Origin: Squalus acanthias
Taxonomy: Eukaryota
Direction: 5' to 3'
NCBI GenBank assembly: GCA_030390025.1
Contig: CM059433.1
Coordinates: 1,426,001-1,490,000, forward strand
Length of the DNA stretch: 64,000 nucleotides
Below the pieces are notes generated by a model, which made no database searches, had not been told where the DNA came from, and saw nothing but the letters and a program-made list of their open reading frames with translations. Below, piece after piece: positions 38,291-51,894 of the stretch. The position numbers and the translations under genes were made by a program. Within the stretch, counting starts at the first letter, position 1, and every line of letters begins with the position of its first letter.

Positions 38291-40650
38291 AATAACAACA
38301 ACAACAACTTGTATTTATATAGCGCCTTTAATGTAGTAAAACGTCCCAAGGCGCTTCACAGGAGTATTAAAAGACAAAACATTTGACACCAATCCACATA
38401 AGGATAAATTAGGGCAGGTGACCAAAAGCTTGGTCAAAGAGGTAGGTTTTAAGGAGCGTCTTAAAGGAGGAAAGAGAGGTAGCGAGGCGGAGAGGTTTAG
38501 GCAGGGAATTCCAGAGCTTGGGGCCTAGGCAACAGAAGGCACGGCCACCAATGGTTGAGCGATTATAATCAGGGATGCTCCAGAGGGCAGAATTAGAGCA
38601 GCACAGATATCTCGGGGGGTTGTGGGGCTGAAGAAGATTACAGAGATAGGAAGGAGCGAGGACATGTAGGGATTTGAAAACAAGGATGAGAATTTTGAAA
38701 TCGAGGCGTTGCTTAACCGGGAGCCAATGTTGGTCAGCGAGAACAGGGGTGACGGGCGAACGGGACTTGGTGCGAGTTAGGACACGGGCAGTCGAGTTTT
38801 GGATAACCTCAAGTTTACGTAGGGTGGAATGTGGGGGTCAGCCAGGAGTGCGTTGGAATAGTCAAGTCTGGAGGTAACAAAGGCATGGATGAGGGTTTCA
38901 GCAGCGGATGAGCTGAGGCAAGGGCAGAGTCGGGCGATGTTACAGAGGTGGAAGTAGGCGGTCTTTGTTATGCTGCGGACATATGGTCGGAAGCTCATTT
39001 CAGGGTCAAATATGACACTAAGGTTGCAGACAGTGTGGTTCAGCCTCAGACAGATGTTAGGGAGAGGGATGGAATCAGTGGCTAGGGAACGGAGTTTGTG
39101 GTGGGGACTGAAAACAATGGCTTCGGTCTTCCCAATATTTAATTGGAGAAAATTTTTGCTCATCCAGAACTGTATGTCGGACAAGCAGTCTGACAATTTA
39201 GATGCCGTGGAGGGGTCGAGAGAAGAGGTAGTGAGGTAGAGCTGGGTGTCGTCAGCGTACATGTGGAAACTGACGCTGTGTTTTCGGATGATGTCACCAA
39301 GGGGCAACATGTAGATGAGAAATAGGAGGGGGCCAAGGATAGATCCTTGGGGGACACCAGAGGTAACAATGTGGGAGCGGGAAGAGAAGCCGTTGCAGGT
39401 GATTCTCTGGTTACGATTAGATTGATAAGAATGGAACCAGGTGAGTGCAGTCCCACCCAGCTGGACGATGGTGGAGAGGTGTTGGAGAAGGATGGAGTGG
39501 TCAACCGTGTCAAAGGCTGCAGACAAGTCAAGAAGGACAAGGAGGGATAGTTTACCTTTGTCACAGTCACAAAGGATGTAATTTGTGACTTTGATGAGAG
39601 CCGTTTTGGTACTGTGGCAAGGGTGGAAACCTGATTGGAGGGATTCAAACATGGAATTGCGAGAAAGATGGGCACGGATTTGGGAGGCGACAACACGTTC
39701 AAGGACTTGAGAGGAAAGGGAGGTTGGAGATGTGGCGGTAGTTTGCAAGGACGGAGGGATCAAGGTTTGTTTTTTGAGGAGGGGTGATGATGGCAGATTT
39801 GAGGGAGAGGGGGACAGTACCTGAGGAGAGAGAACCGTTAACAAGATCAGCTAACATGGGAGCCAGAAAAGGAAGTTGGGTGGTCAGCAGTTTGGTGGGA
39901 ATAGGGTCGAGGGAGCAGGAGGTGGGTCTCATAGACAAGATGAGCGCAGAGAGATCATGAGGGGAGATCGGAGAGAAACTGGAGAAAGATGTGAGTTCCG
40001 GGCTGGGGCAGGGGGGAACCTTTGAGGAAGTTTGGCCAGGGGAAGGAAGGGAAGTGGCAGAGGCAGTTGAACGGATGGTCTCAATCTTAGAGACAAAGAA
40101 GTCCATGAGCTCCTCACACTTGTTATCGGAGGTGAGGGTGGAAGAGACAGGGGAGAGGGGTTTAAGAAGACGGTTAGCAGTAGAGAATAGGAGCCGGGGT
40201 TTATCTTTGCATTCCAGAATGATTCTGGAATAGAGAGCAATTTTGGCAGACGGGAGCTGGGCCTGATAGTGCTTTATGTGGTCCAGCCAGATCTGGGCGG
40301 CGAATGGCTAAACCAGTTGTCCGCCATATTCATTCAAGTCTGCGTCCCTTGGACTTAAGGGAGCGAAGATGAGAGCCGTACCGGGGGAACAGCCAGGGTG
40401 AGAGAGGGTAATTGTTTTAGATGGGACTAGGGCATCAAAGGTGGTGATGAGGGTGTGGTTGAGCAGATCGGTAGCTGCAGAAATGTCATGGTGAATGGAG
40501 GGCCAGATGATGGACAGTTGGGATTTCATAAGTGCAGTTGTAAGAGAGTTGGGAGAGAGTTTATTCCAGGGGCGGACACAGAAGGAAGTAGGGTTGGGGG
40601 AGGGTGGAAGGGGGATGTGGGTGGAGAGCGATACGAGGAAATGGTCCAAG
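38291..40650 (-). mobile_element. L2 LINE, long 5'-truncated copy
   Basis: ORF 38777-39844 with LLDLSAAFDTVDH, GVPQGS and YADDTQLY; SCSLDPIP upstream; (TTG)n tail. Confidence 0.95.
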
Positions 40651-41481
40651 GCAAAAATGGTGTAACAGGTTGAGGTGTAAACAGTCATGCTTTGCAGGCC
40701 TGGAGGACATGGTCCTGTAGATGGCACTGTAGCAGGAGGCTGCATTTCAACATTGGGATTTCAGTTTATAAAGTGAAAAATAATAGATAATAGATGATGA
40801 TGTATTCGTAATGAGAGCAGGAAATGTATGGGGTTCAGGCATGTAAATCCTGTTCAGCCCTTGGCAGAGGTGATGCGTTCAAAAAAGCCAACACTTATTC
40901 CTGGGTTAATGATGGTTGGCTTGTCACTCTGATTTTACCATATGACTTTGTTACTTCCCTCCCCACTGACCGATTCTGCCATTCATTATTGCATCTCTTT
41001 CATTATTAATGGCCCTGAATATTACTGTGCAATTTCCCTTTTTCCATTACCGTGGCTGAACGTTGGCACAGAAATAACCATAATCAAAAGAAAGGTTTAC
41101 TGTGACAATATTAGCAATAACAAACGCAACAAGTATTTATATAGCACCTATTCGGTAGAAAAGCACCCCAAGGAATCAGTAAAACAAAACAAAGAGGGAG
41201 GTATTAGGAGAAGTGGCCAAAAGCTTGGTCGAAGAGGTGGATTTAAAGAGGAATCTTAAAGGAGGAGGAGGAATGCGGTGAGGCAGAGAGGTTTAGGGAG
41301 GGAATTCCAGAGTGGAGTGCCTAGGCCGCCAAAATTAGCACATTGGCAGTCTTTAGTCTTCTTTTCCATGATTTTTTTTGTGCTCATGAAGGTGAGAGAT
41401 ATTAGGACTGGGGAGTGGAACAGTTTCTCACTCCAGGTGTCGTGTGTCAGTATCAAGTTCCCCCAAGTTAAGTATAGCATA

Positions 41482-41844
41482 AATAACAACAGAAAACGCT
41501 GGAAAAACTCAGCAGGCCAGGCAGCATCCGTGGAGAGAGAAACAGAGTTAACGTTTCAGGTCGATGACCTTTCATCAGAACTGGGAAGAGCCGGAAATCA
41601 AATAGATTTAAGGCCAGGGTAAAGCTGGGAAAAGGGGGAGGGGATAAAGGAACAAAGGGGGAACAAGGTTGAAGAGCCAAACGGAAATCCCGTCGAAGAG
41701 AAGAGCAGAACTTCTTCAAGGTAGGCATTCCAAGAAGAGAGGTGGCAGTGAACCAAACACTAATACGATAGCAAAATACTGCGGATGCTGGAAATCCGAA
41801 TTGTTATTTCGGATTTCCAGCATCCGCAGTATTTTGCTATCGTA
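41482..41844 (-). mobile_element. Short non-autonomous PLE-like element with a hammerhead and a terminal hairpin
   Basis: 13-bp TSD TAAGTATAGCATA at 41469-41481 and 41845-41857; 38-bp inverted repeat 41763-41800 / 41808-41845. Confidence 0.8.
41546..41582 (-). ncRNA. Minimal hammerhead ribozyme motif (second family)
   Basis: AGUU-CUGAUGA-A-AGGUC(AUC)GACCU-GAAA-CGU-U-AACU. Confidence 0.8.
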
Positions 41845-42616
41845 TAAGTATAGCATAGGTTGGATCAGGGCACACACTATCGCTTGGTCAAGGACCACAA
41901 TCCCAAGCAATGACTTGCTCTAAGGCTGCTCTTATCAACCTGCCATATGTTAATTGACTAATAGTACATGCGCCATGCAAACACCTATCAATAATGTTGT
42001 GAAAATCTTATGTCTGCACATAATTCCTGTCAAGTTTTTCCATCATAAATGCTGTGTCCATATTTATAATGGAAACTGCCTATCAAAACTTGTAATATTG
42101 TAATTACTTACTCACCCAGGAGAGGCACACGACAAGCTTGCATCTGCTGTCTCCATTATAAATATGGAAATTGGAATTTATAAGGATAGAATGTATGACT
42201 TTTCAATCAGGTCTGAATTACACCTGAGTGCCCTGGTCCAAATATCTCCCAACTTTCAACCTCACTTCACTTGAAGACAACACTTAAACCCCAATCTGCA
42301 TATTTAAAGAAGGACCCCCTCCGGCTCCCGGTGGGTGTCCAACAAGCCTGTTCAAATGAGCAGGTTAAAATGGAAGGCTGTGGGAAGGGATAGGAACGTC
42401 AACAGATAAGTCCCACAGGTGATTTTAACTGTCCACCGACTCGGTTTCTGCCAGTGGGCAAGGTTAAAATTGGCCCATGTGTAATGGAGCTGGCAACCTA
42501 TTAGAAGTCTTGTATCTGGTGTGGATTTCCTGTAACACTTACCTCATGTCACACTTTAGCTGTCACTTTTAAGCCGTCAAACACCTATTATTATAAAATA
42601 CCATATTCTATATGAA

Positions 42617-43005
42617 TAGGACGCTGAGGTTGCGAACAACCTGGTTCGGTATGAGACAGTGGCTAAGGAGGATTTTTGGAGTTGGTGGCAAGGGTACAGA
42701 GTTTGGGACGGGCCATAAACAATGGCTTTGGTATTCCCAATGTTTAGCTGGAGGAGATAGCAGCTCATCCGAGACTGAATGCGCCTGACAACACAGTGGC
42801 AGTGAAGAGGTGCAGTGAGGGGGTTGAGAGAGGTGGTAGAGAGGTAGACCTGGGTGTTGTCAGCGTACCTGTAGAAGCTGACCCCATGTCTTCGGATGAT
42901 GTCGCCAAGTGGCAGCATGGAGATGAGGAAGAGGAGGGAGCTAAGGATAGATGCTTGGGGGATTCGGGAGTTAACAGCACAGGGGGACGAAGAGAAGCCA
43001 TTGCT
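42617..43005 (-). mobile_element. L2 RT fragment
   Basis: MLPLGDIIRRHGVSFYRYADNTQVY. Confidence 0.85.
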
Positions 43006-43267
43006 GTGCTACACCAGCAAAGGACCTCATCAATTTACTTGCCATTTAGTATATTTTTCAGTCCCCCGTCTCAATCAGAAGCATCTAAGAAGGAACATTT
43101 AGTAACAGTGGCATTTTCCAAACTCAGACGCTTCCCATTTGAGATCAAGCCGTGATTAAAGAGGAATTTGTTGTGAGGAGCTGCTTAGTTTCTCCCCTCC
43201 CCCACTGCATCCTTTTTCAACCTTTAACCCCAGGCTTTTGTCAGCAGTTTTTCTCATTCAAACCGTG

Positions 43268-44104
43268 AACTGAACGAGCTCCCAGCCAGCCGTCAAAATC
43301 AAAGATAACTGACCGAGCTCAGCCAGCCGGCAAACTCAAAGATAACTGACCGAGCGCTGAGCCAGCTGGCAAAATCAAAGATAACTGACCGAGCTCAGCC
43401 AGCCGGCAAAATCAAAGATAACTGACCGAGCTCAGCCAGCCGGCAAAATCAAAGATAACTGACCGAGCTCAGCCAGCCGCAAACTCAAAGATAACTGACC
43501 GAGCGCTGAGCCAGCCGGCAAAATCAAAGATAACTGACCGAGCTCAGCCAGCCGGCAAAATCAAAGATAACTGACCGAGCTCAGCCAGCCGGCAAAATCA
43601 AAGATAACTGACCGAGCTCCCAGCCAGCCGGCAAACTCAAAGATAACTGACCGAGCGCTGAGCCAGCCGGCAAACTCAAAAATAACTGACCGAGCGCTGA
43701 GCCAGCCGGCAAAATCAAAGATAACTGACCGAGCTCAGCCAGCCGGCAAAATCAAAGATAACTGACCGAGCGCTGAGCCAGCCGGCAAAATCAAAGATAA
43801 CTGACCGAGCTCAGCCAGCCGGCAAAATCAAAGATAACTGACCGAGCTCAGCCAGCCGGCAAAATCAAAGATAACTGACCGAGCGCTGAGCCAGCCGGCA
43901 AAATCAAAGATAACTGACCGAGCGCTGAGCCAGCCGGCAAAATCAAAGATAACTGACCGAGCTCAGCCAGCCGGCAAAATCAAAGATAACTGACCGAGCT
44001 CCCAGCCAGCCGGCAAAATCAAAGATAACTGACTGAGCGCTGAGCCAGCCGGCAAAATCAAAGATAACTGACCGAGCTCAGCCAGCCCGCAAAATCAAAG
44101 ATAA
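43268..44104. repeat. 37-39 bp minisatellite, ~22 copies
   Basis: Unit AGCCAGCCGGCAAAATCAAAGATAACTGACCGAGCTC with GAGCGCTG and GAGCTCCC variants. Confidence 0.97.
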
Positions 44105-45287
44105 AAGGTCAATAAACGGGGAAAAACCCAGAGGAACATTATCTCTCTTATGTCCCCTGTAATATTCTCGGGCTCCTAGTGGTCAGTAATCCATCCCATT
44201 TATATTTACTAAAACCTCAGTGGTAAATAGTTGATTCCAATCCCTGTTTTTTGTTGTTCAATCCTCTATTTGCAAGATCGCTTCTTTGTCATTTTAATGA
44301 AAAAAACAGATGGAATCATGGAATGCAATCTCCAAAACCCCGAGAAAACCCCAGCATCCCATATAATAAAATCAGAATGGCTCACTCACCATAAAACAGA
44401 TCCTACCAATTTGCCATTGAGGGATCGCTCTCTTTCTCTCTCTCTCTCTATGTATATTGCTTTTAAAAAGTATTTTCTTTCTTTCATTTTAAACCTTCTC
44501 ACCTCAGCAGTGGTTGATGACCTAAACTTTAATTTCCATATTAGCTAGCCCAATGTTACTGAGCAAAAAGGTTTAAAACAAAGAAAACCACCTAGAGCTT
44601 TTTATTTAACACTTTAGACCTATTGATAAATGGGGATTCCAACTCTGGCCTGTTCTGTATTGAGTTTCGTCCTTATTCACCATTATGGGATTTAAAAGAT
44701 TTAAGCCCTGAATTTATGTTGAGAGATACTAAGCTACAAATGTTTAACATGATTATCTGAAATTCCTTCCTCAGCTATCTAAGAGGAGGCATTAGTCTGT
44801 TTAAAATAAATGGGTAACACCTCCAGTGAAATAGCAGGGTGAAATTTCAGAAGTATATATTAAACATTCATATGCTGGAATCCCAAGGTGTAATTCTGGG
44901 GCAATAGTTTTTTTAATGTAATACTATACTTCAAGGGGGCCCTGAACTTTGGAGAAATGAGCAGTAACAGGGATTGTTATAGTGCAGGTAGCTTTGGGAA
45001 TGAATGAGAGGGAATTTTGGATTTTAAACAGTATATTTACAATTTGGGTTTATGCTTCTAATTGCTATCCAGTGACCCTCGCTGGAGCATGCAAATATGT
45101 GGAATTAGATCAGGAGGGAATCTGACTTGGCTGTGATGCACTCCATGCCCAATAACCTGTAAACACTCATTGTCTACCGTCACAGATTAATAATGGTCTC
45201 TTGGGCGATGTACAGAGGGCTGTCAGGAACTTGCCCCTGTCAAGTGCCGGCATCTTCAGGAGAGAAAATTGGGAAGGGGAAAATAAT

Positions 45288-46025
45288 GGGCCGTGTTTTG
45301 TGACCTCTACGGGTGTGTACGAGGTGTGTACGCGCCCGTAGGGGCCGCGCAAGTTCCGGGTTTAAGCATACGAAGCGTGTGCGCTGAAACCCGGCACTGG
45401 CGATCTGTCCAGAATTCTCTGGACAGATCGTACGCATGCCCAAGAAAAGGGCCTTCGCTGGTGGAGAGTTGCACAACTTCCGCCCGCTGAATGTCTGTCA
45501 AATTCTTACGGCTGCTTTTACCAGCATAAGAGTTTTAAAAAATAGAAAAATGAAATGTTATCACTCATTTATAAATTAAAAATATTCTTCATAAAGATAA
45601 GTTTATTTTTTAGCCCCGTAAAAATATTTAATTTTTTTTCCAAAAAATTAAATTTTTGTTTCAAATATTTAATTAAATGGCATTTTAATTAATTTTAAAT
45701 ATGTAATTTAAATGTTTTTTTATTTAATATGTTGGTGTGTTTTTTAAGTGATCCCCATTCATACTTTGACAGTTCCGTACGTACAGACCTGTCAAAAGTA
45801 TGAATGGGGATTCTCTTCTTTTATTGGTTGGGCCGGCCCACGTGATCACAGGAGCGACTACGAACCGCTTGCGCCCCTGGGATTCGTGGGGCTCTGCCCG
45901 CGCAGACCCGGAGAGGCCCAGGATCGCAAGCCGCCATTGTTCCCGGGTCACCAGGTAAATTCGTAGACATTTTGCAGGTCGGAGGCGTCCACCCGCAGGA
46001 AGCCTCCGATCGCAAATGTTGGCCC
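45288..46025. mobile_element. Harbinger-like MITE related to 33451-34214
   Basis: Ends GGGCCGTGTTTTG / CAAATGTTGGCCC; TSD AAT; shared GGCCCACGTGATC and GGAGAGGCCCAGGA. Confidence 0.82.
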
Positions 46026-46144
46026 AATATTTCTAACAGGAATATAGAGGCAACTATTTATTTTCTGATATACCAATCTGCTTTGTTGCTGCTTGGAAAG
46101 GGAGAGTGACCATGCCAATTAAAGAATAGGTTTCATCAGAACAT

Positions 46145-46577
46145 GGGCAACACGGTGGCATAGTGGTTAGCACTGGTGCTTCACAGCGCCAGGGACCCGG
46201 GTTCGAATCTGACCTCGGGTGACTGTCTGTGTGGAGTTTGCACATTCTCCCCGTGTCTGCGTGGGTTTCCTCCGGGTGCTCCGGTTTCCTCCCACAGTCC
46301 AAAAATGTGCGGGTTAGGTTGATTTGGCTATGATAAATTGACCCTTAGTGTTAGGGGGGGATTAAATATGTGGGGTTATGGGGATAGGATGGGATATGTT
46401 AGGGGGAATTAAATACGTGGGGTTACGGGGGTAGGGTGGGATATGTGTACTGTGGGGATTAAAGCAGGGGACAGGGTACTGGATTTGGATGATCAGCCAT
46501 GATCGTATTGAATGGTGGAGCAGGCTCGACGGGCCGAATGGCCTACTCCTGATCCTAGATTCTATGTTTCTATGTTT
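46145..46577 (+). mobile_element. HE1-like V-SINE
   Basis: Near-identical to 31074-31507. Confidence 0.92.
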
Positions 46578-47334
46578 AACACTTGAAGGTGCAGTTAAGA
46601 GCAGGAAATGTCTTTAGGGAAGACAGTGAGAAGAAACAAGAGATGATGGCAATGGTTAGGAGACCCAGAATGGCCCTGCAGTAATGTCACTGGTCAGGCA
46701 CACTAATGAGCTGGCGGGTTCAGTTTGGTCAATAAAGCTACTGAGACTGGGCTGGCATCTCACCTGTGACTGCTGAGATAACACAAGTTATTGAGAGCTC
46801 AACTTGCTGCCTGGCAATCAGTCTCACCCTGTCTCAGTTGGAACAATTTCAGTAATAGATGATGGGTAGAGTAAATGTATAAGTTCTGTGTACAGTGGAA
46901 CCTCCCTCCAAGTAAGTAATGTAATTAAAAACTCAGCAAACCTCCCCTGATGACTTATTGGGTAGAAGCAACACAGTTCAAAGGCAAACAGACCAGTCTA
47001 TGATGCTAGCTGATCTCAATGGGAAGAGTCGTTCACAAGATGGATACAGATGAGGAAGACCATTTGTTCCACCTCAGCTCATCCATCCAGACAAAAGATC
47101 GACATCCCCTCCCCCACCCAATCGAGCGTTTGGCCCCTGTGGAACCTTCCTCCAGTAGAAGTCAGCACCCAGAAGAAAAGAGGGAAGGAAACTGAAAAAA
47201 ATAACACAGTTATTAAAATCACTGCAAGAAACAATCTTTCTTCAGTGATTATAGCACAAATTTCAACATTTTTAATATATTTTAAAGGGCAACGTCTTTG
47301 GGGAGCAGGGTTGGAAAAGTCATCCACCATTTGC

Positions 47335-48270
47335 ATCAACAACTTGTATTTACACAGCGCATTTAACATTGTAAAACGTCCCAGGGCGCTTCACAGGAGC
47401 GATTATCAAACAAAATTTGACCCCGAGCCACATGAGGAGCTATTAGGACAGGTGACCAAAAAACTTTGTCAAAGAGGGAGGTTTTAAGGAGCATCTTAAA
47501 GGAGAATAGAGAGGCAGAGAAATTTAGGGAGGGAATTCCAGAGCTTGGGGCCCAGGCAGCTGAAAAGCGGCCGCCAATGTTGGATCGATTAAAATCGGGG
47601 ATGCGCAAGAGGCCAGAATTGGAGGAGCACAGAGGTCTCGGAGGGTTGTAGGGCTGGAGGAGGTTATACAGATAGGGATGGAAGAGGCCACGGAGGGATT
47701 TGAAAAGGATGAGAATTTCAAAATCGAGGTGTTGCCGGACCGGAAGCCAATGTGGGTCAGCGAGCACAGGGTTGATGGGTGAACGGGACTTAGTGTGAGT
47801 TAGGATACGGGCAGCAGAGTTTTGGATGAGATTAAGTTTATGAAGGGTGGAAGATGGGAGGCCGTCCAGGAGAGCGTTGGAATAGTCAAGTCTAGAGGCA
47901 ATAAAGGCCTGGATGAGGGTTTCAGCAGCAGATGAGCTGAGACGGGGTGGAGATGGGAGATGTTACAGTAGGCGGTCTTGGTGATGGAGCGGATATGTGG
48001 TCAAAAGCTCATCTCAGGATCAAGTACAACACCAAGGTTGTGAACGGTCTGCTCCAGCCTCAGACCATGGCCCGGGAGAGGGATGGAGTCGGTGGCGAGG
48101 GAACGGAGTTTGTGGTGGAGACCGAAGACAATGGCTTTTCAATATTTCCAATATTTAGTTGGAGGAAATTTCTGGTCATCCAGGACTGGATGTCGGACAA
48201 GCAATCTGAGAATTTAGAGAGAGTGGAGGGGTTGAGAGAGGTGGTGGCGAAGTAGAGCTGGGTGTCGTCA
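47335..48270 (-). mobile_element. L2 LINE 3' part
   Basis: HWLPV motif and L2 tail. Confidence 0.88.
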
Positions 48271-50287
48271 TGATGACAGTACAGGGTAGTTTATCCGAGT
48301 CTTTACATGCAGTATCCCGCTGTGCACTTGCTGCATTTCAAGGACTCGGGAAATCTACCCTCACATGTATGTGATGCAGCGAGGTGTTGGTGTGCTTCAG
48401 TTGATTTGCATCACTGGAGGAAGAACTTCTCTGATCGCTATGTGTTCGTGGCATTGTAATCATGGCGAGAAGATATCCTCTGATTGCTATTACTAGTGAA
48501 ATCCTAAACTCGTTCTTTTAGAACATTTCTATTATATCACTAGAAACAACGAACATAGGAAATCTCCCCACTAGTTTTGTGATGCAATGTAGCTAGCACA
48601 AAGTGACCAGAGGAAATGTTATGTTTGTAATCAAAAAGTATACCCAGCATCTTTTCATGAAAACGCTGCTTTTTTAATGTGCTGTATTTATTGTGTCATT
48701 TTTATCAATGCTATCTATCAGTGTAATGTTCAGCTATAAAGAGGCCTATAGCTGTGACAATCTCTTATATACTTTATGACATTTTCACCCGCTTTCTCTG
48801 TGGTGGCTGAAGACAACTGCAGCTAGAGCCAAGGAGGTACCAGTTCCGGAGCCAAGATTAACAATCCAGCATTTGTGGAGCCAAACGCATTTACAGTTTG
48901 ACAACAAAGTATTTTCCAGTGGGTAGCAAGCCCTTTCACTGCAGTAATTGGACTTGAGAACTTGGGTTGATTATTCATGCTATCAATCACACAAAAAAAA
49001 CACATCCTAATGTTTGTTTGACTGACAAGAGAGGGGAAAGGCGGTAGGGGTTGGAGGCTGCTTCGCTGCTTCAACTCGGAGCTGAAGAAGAGCGTGACTC
49101 CAAAGGATTACACTTTACAGGTTTGCAGCCAAGTCGGTTAATCTAATTTGGCATCTGGATCCAACCAAAAAAATCAGCTGGAGCGACCATTGACTTCGTG
49201 GCTCCAGATTGCCCACCTGAGTTGCTGAAGCTTGTGATATTTGGCAGGGTTGTCTTGAGCACAAGTGAAGAGAAACTTCAAGAGGCTGACACACCCTTGC
49301 TGTGCAGCAGTCCTGTGCAGCCCTCGTTTCCCAGGCTCATCTTAGTCCGATCTAGCTTGTGACTGTCATCACATGACCAAAATAAAAGGTATAGCATGCA
49401 GACACAAAACAAAACACATCTCCAAGTGGGGAGGAGATGCCTTGGGTCAGAGCAGCTCTAATGGGAGGAGGAGGGGTAGAAGGGGGAGAGCGAGAGCATA
49501 AGGGAAAAAGAAACTGTTCCACTTCATCAAGCACCCCTGCAATCCATCACTCTGATTAAAGAATAGCCAATAAATGGGGAGAAGTGTTAAGTGAAATTCA
49601 TGAGTCCTCAATGCATCTGAATTCAAATGCCAATCAGCATCAACGCCTCACATTCACTTACCGTACCACCATGGAGATGACAATGAGCTTAAATCAAGCT
49701 TTGTTGTCATCGTTGCCATGTTTACAGCCAGCAAAATATTCCGGCACATTTAGAGCTTTGAGGTTTGAATCAAGGCAGTGAGCTAAAACTCATAGGCAAC
49801 TTACTGCAGTTACAAGCATAAAATATTACTTTAGTCACCAATGATTAGCTGAAATGTTAAAGGTTAGTCCCTTTTGCTATGATTGTTATTTGAAAGATTG
49901 TTGCTGTGAGAGATTAATTTGCCTCTCAATGATTTTATAAAATTATTTCACAACAAAATCAGTAATTAGTATCAAAGATACAGAATCCACAGTGTGGGTG
50001 ACACTGGTGGGGCAAATCACAGCAATATTACAACTAACATTTCAGCTGCTCCTCTTTTAGAGTTTACCTTTTTAAAAATGTTCTTTTCGCTCCCTCCCTC
50101 TTTCTCCCTTTACTGAGGAAGGTTGTGAATTGTTTATATTAAATTTTCCTGTTTATTTGTGTTATTTTGTTGTGTGTTAATCTCAGGGTAGATTTTAACC
50201 CAGGCAAGCAAGGTGAGGGCAAGTGTGAAACACACCCACTGTCCGAAATGTTAACTCCTGGACCTCATCGACATGCTGCCTACCCAG

Positions 50288-51590
50288 AACAGCAACAACT
50301 TGCATTTATATAGCACCTTTAATATAGGAAAATGTCCCAAGGTGCTTCACAGAGCGTAATCTGACAAAAATTGACACGGAGCCAAAGAAGGAAGTATTAA
50401 GACGGGTGACCAAAAGTTTGGTAAAAGAGGTAGGTTTTAAGGTGGGTCTAGAAGGTGAAGAGAGAGGTAGAGAGGTTTAGGGTGGGAATTCCAGAGCTTA
50501 GGGCCTATATGGCTGAAGGTACAGCTGCCAACTGGGGATGCATAAGAGGCCAGAATTGGAGGAACACAGAGCTCTTGGAGGATTGTATGGCTGTAGGAGG
50601 TTAGACAGATAGGGAGGCACGAGGCCATGAAGGGATTTAAACACGAGGATGAGAATTTTAAAATCAAGGTGGACTGGGAGCCAATGTAAGTCAGCGAGGA
50701 CAGGGGTGATGGGTGAACAGCACTTGATGCGAATTAGGATACGGGCAGCAGAGTTTTGGATGAGCTTAAGTTTATGGAGGGTGGAGGATAGGCGGCAGGC
50801 CAAGAGAGCGTTGGAATAGTCGAGTCTGTAGGTAACAAAAGCACGGATAAGGGTTTTCTCAGCAGATAAGCTGAGTCCAGGGTGGAGACAGGACAATGAT
50901 ATGGAGGTAGAAATAAGTGGCCTTTGTGATGGAGAGGATATAGGGTTAAAAGCTCAGCTCATGGTCAAATAGGACATCGAGGTTGCGAACAGTCTGGTTC
51001 AGCCTGAGAGAGTGGACAGAAAGGAGGATAGAATTGGTGGCGAGGGAACAGAGTTTGTGGCAGGGGCCAAAGGCAATGACTGTGATCTTCCCAGTGTTTA
51101 AAATGGTAAGAAATTGAGTCTCATCCAGGACTGGATGTTGGACAAGCAGTCTGACAACACAGAGGCGGTGGAGGGGTTGAGAGAGTTGGTGGTGAGGTAG
51201 AGCTGGGTGTTGTCAGCGTATAAGTGAAACCTGATGCCATGTCTTCAGATTATGTCACCAAGGGGCAGCAAGTATATGAGAAATAGGAGAGGTCCTGTGG
51301 TGGGGGGAGGGCTCAGATGTAACAATGCGGGGGTGGAAAGAGAAGCCATTGCAGGAGGTTCTCTGGTTATGACTGGACAGGTTAAAGGTGGATCCAGGCA
51401 AGGGCCATCACAGTCAGCTGGGAAACAGAGGAGAGGGTTTGGAGGAGATTGGTGTGGTCAACCGTGTCAAAGCTACTGACAGGTCAAGAAGGATTAGGGT
51501 GATAGTGCAGCACGGTCATAGTCACAGAGAATTTCATTTGTGACTGATTAGGACCGTTTCAGTGCTGTGCAGGGGCAGAAACCTCATTGG
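50288..51590 (-). mobile_element. Degenerate L2 LINE
   Basis: RLDYSNALL...IQNSAAR...LHWLPV. Confidence 0.88.
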
Positions 51591-51894
51591 AGCAGGGAAA
51601 CGGCTTCCTCGCTCAGGCTCCGGTTAAAATGTCACCAGCGGCCTACTGACATCATAGAACCCCGATTAGCATTCATACACGAGGCTCCTGCGTGAGTCTC
51701 ATCCACCGCCAAAACCAACAAGGTTAAAATTGGAAATCGGCAGGAAATGTAGCCACTCCATTTTAACTGCTTGCCTGCTCTGTTCCCGCTGGATGGGAAG
51801 TTTCAAATCCACCCCACCCCTTTGTCTCTCTTTTATTTGTCCAATGTGAGAAGTCGCACAACACCAGGTTATAGTCCAACAGTTTTATTTGAAA

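Noticed and set aside
43268..44104. CRISPR-like array
   Set aside because: Contiguous tandem units with no unique spacers, no cas genes, vertebrate context
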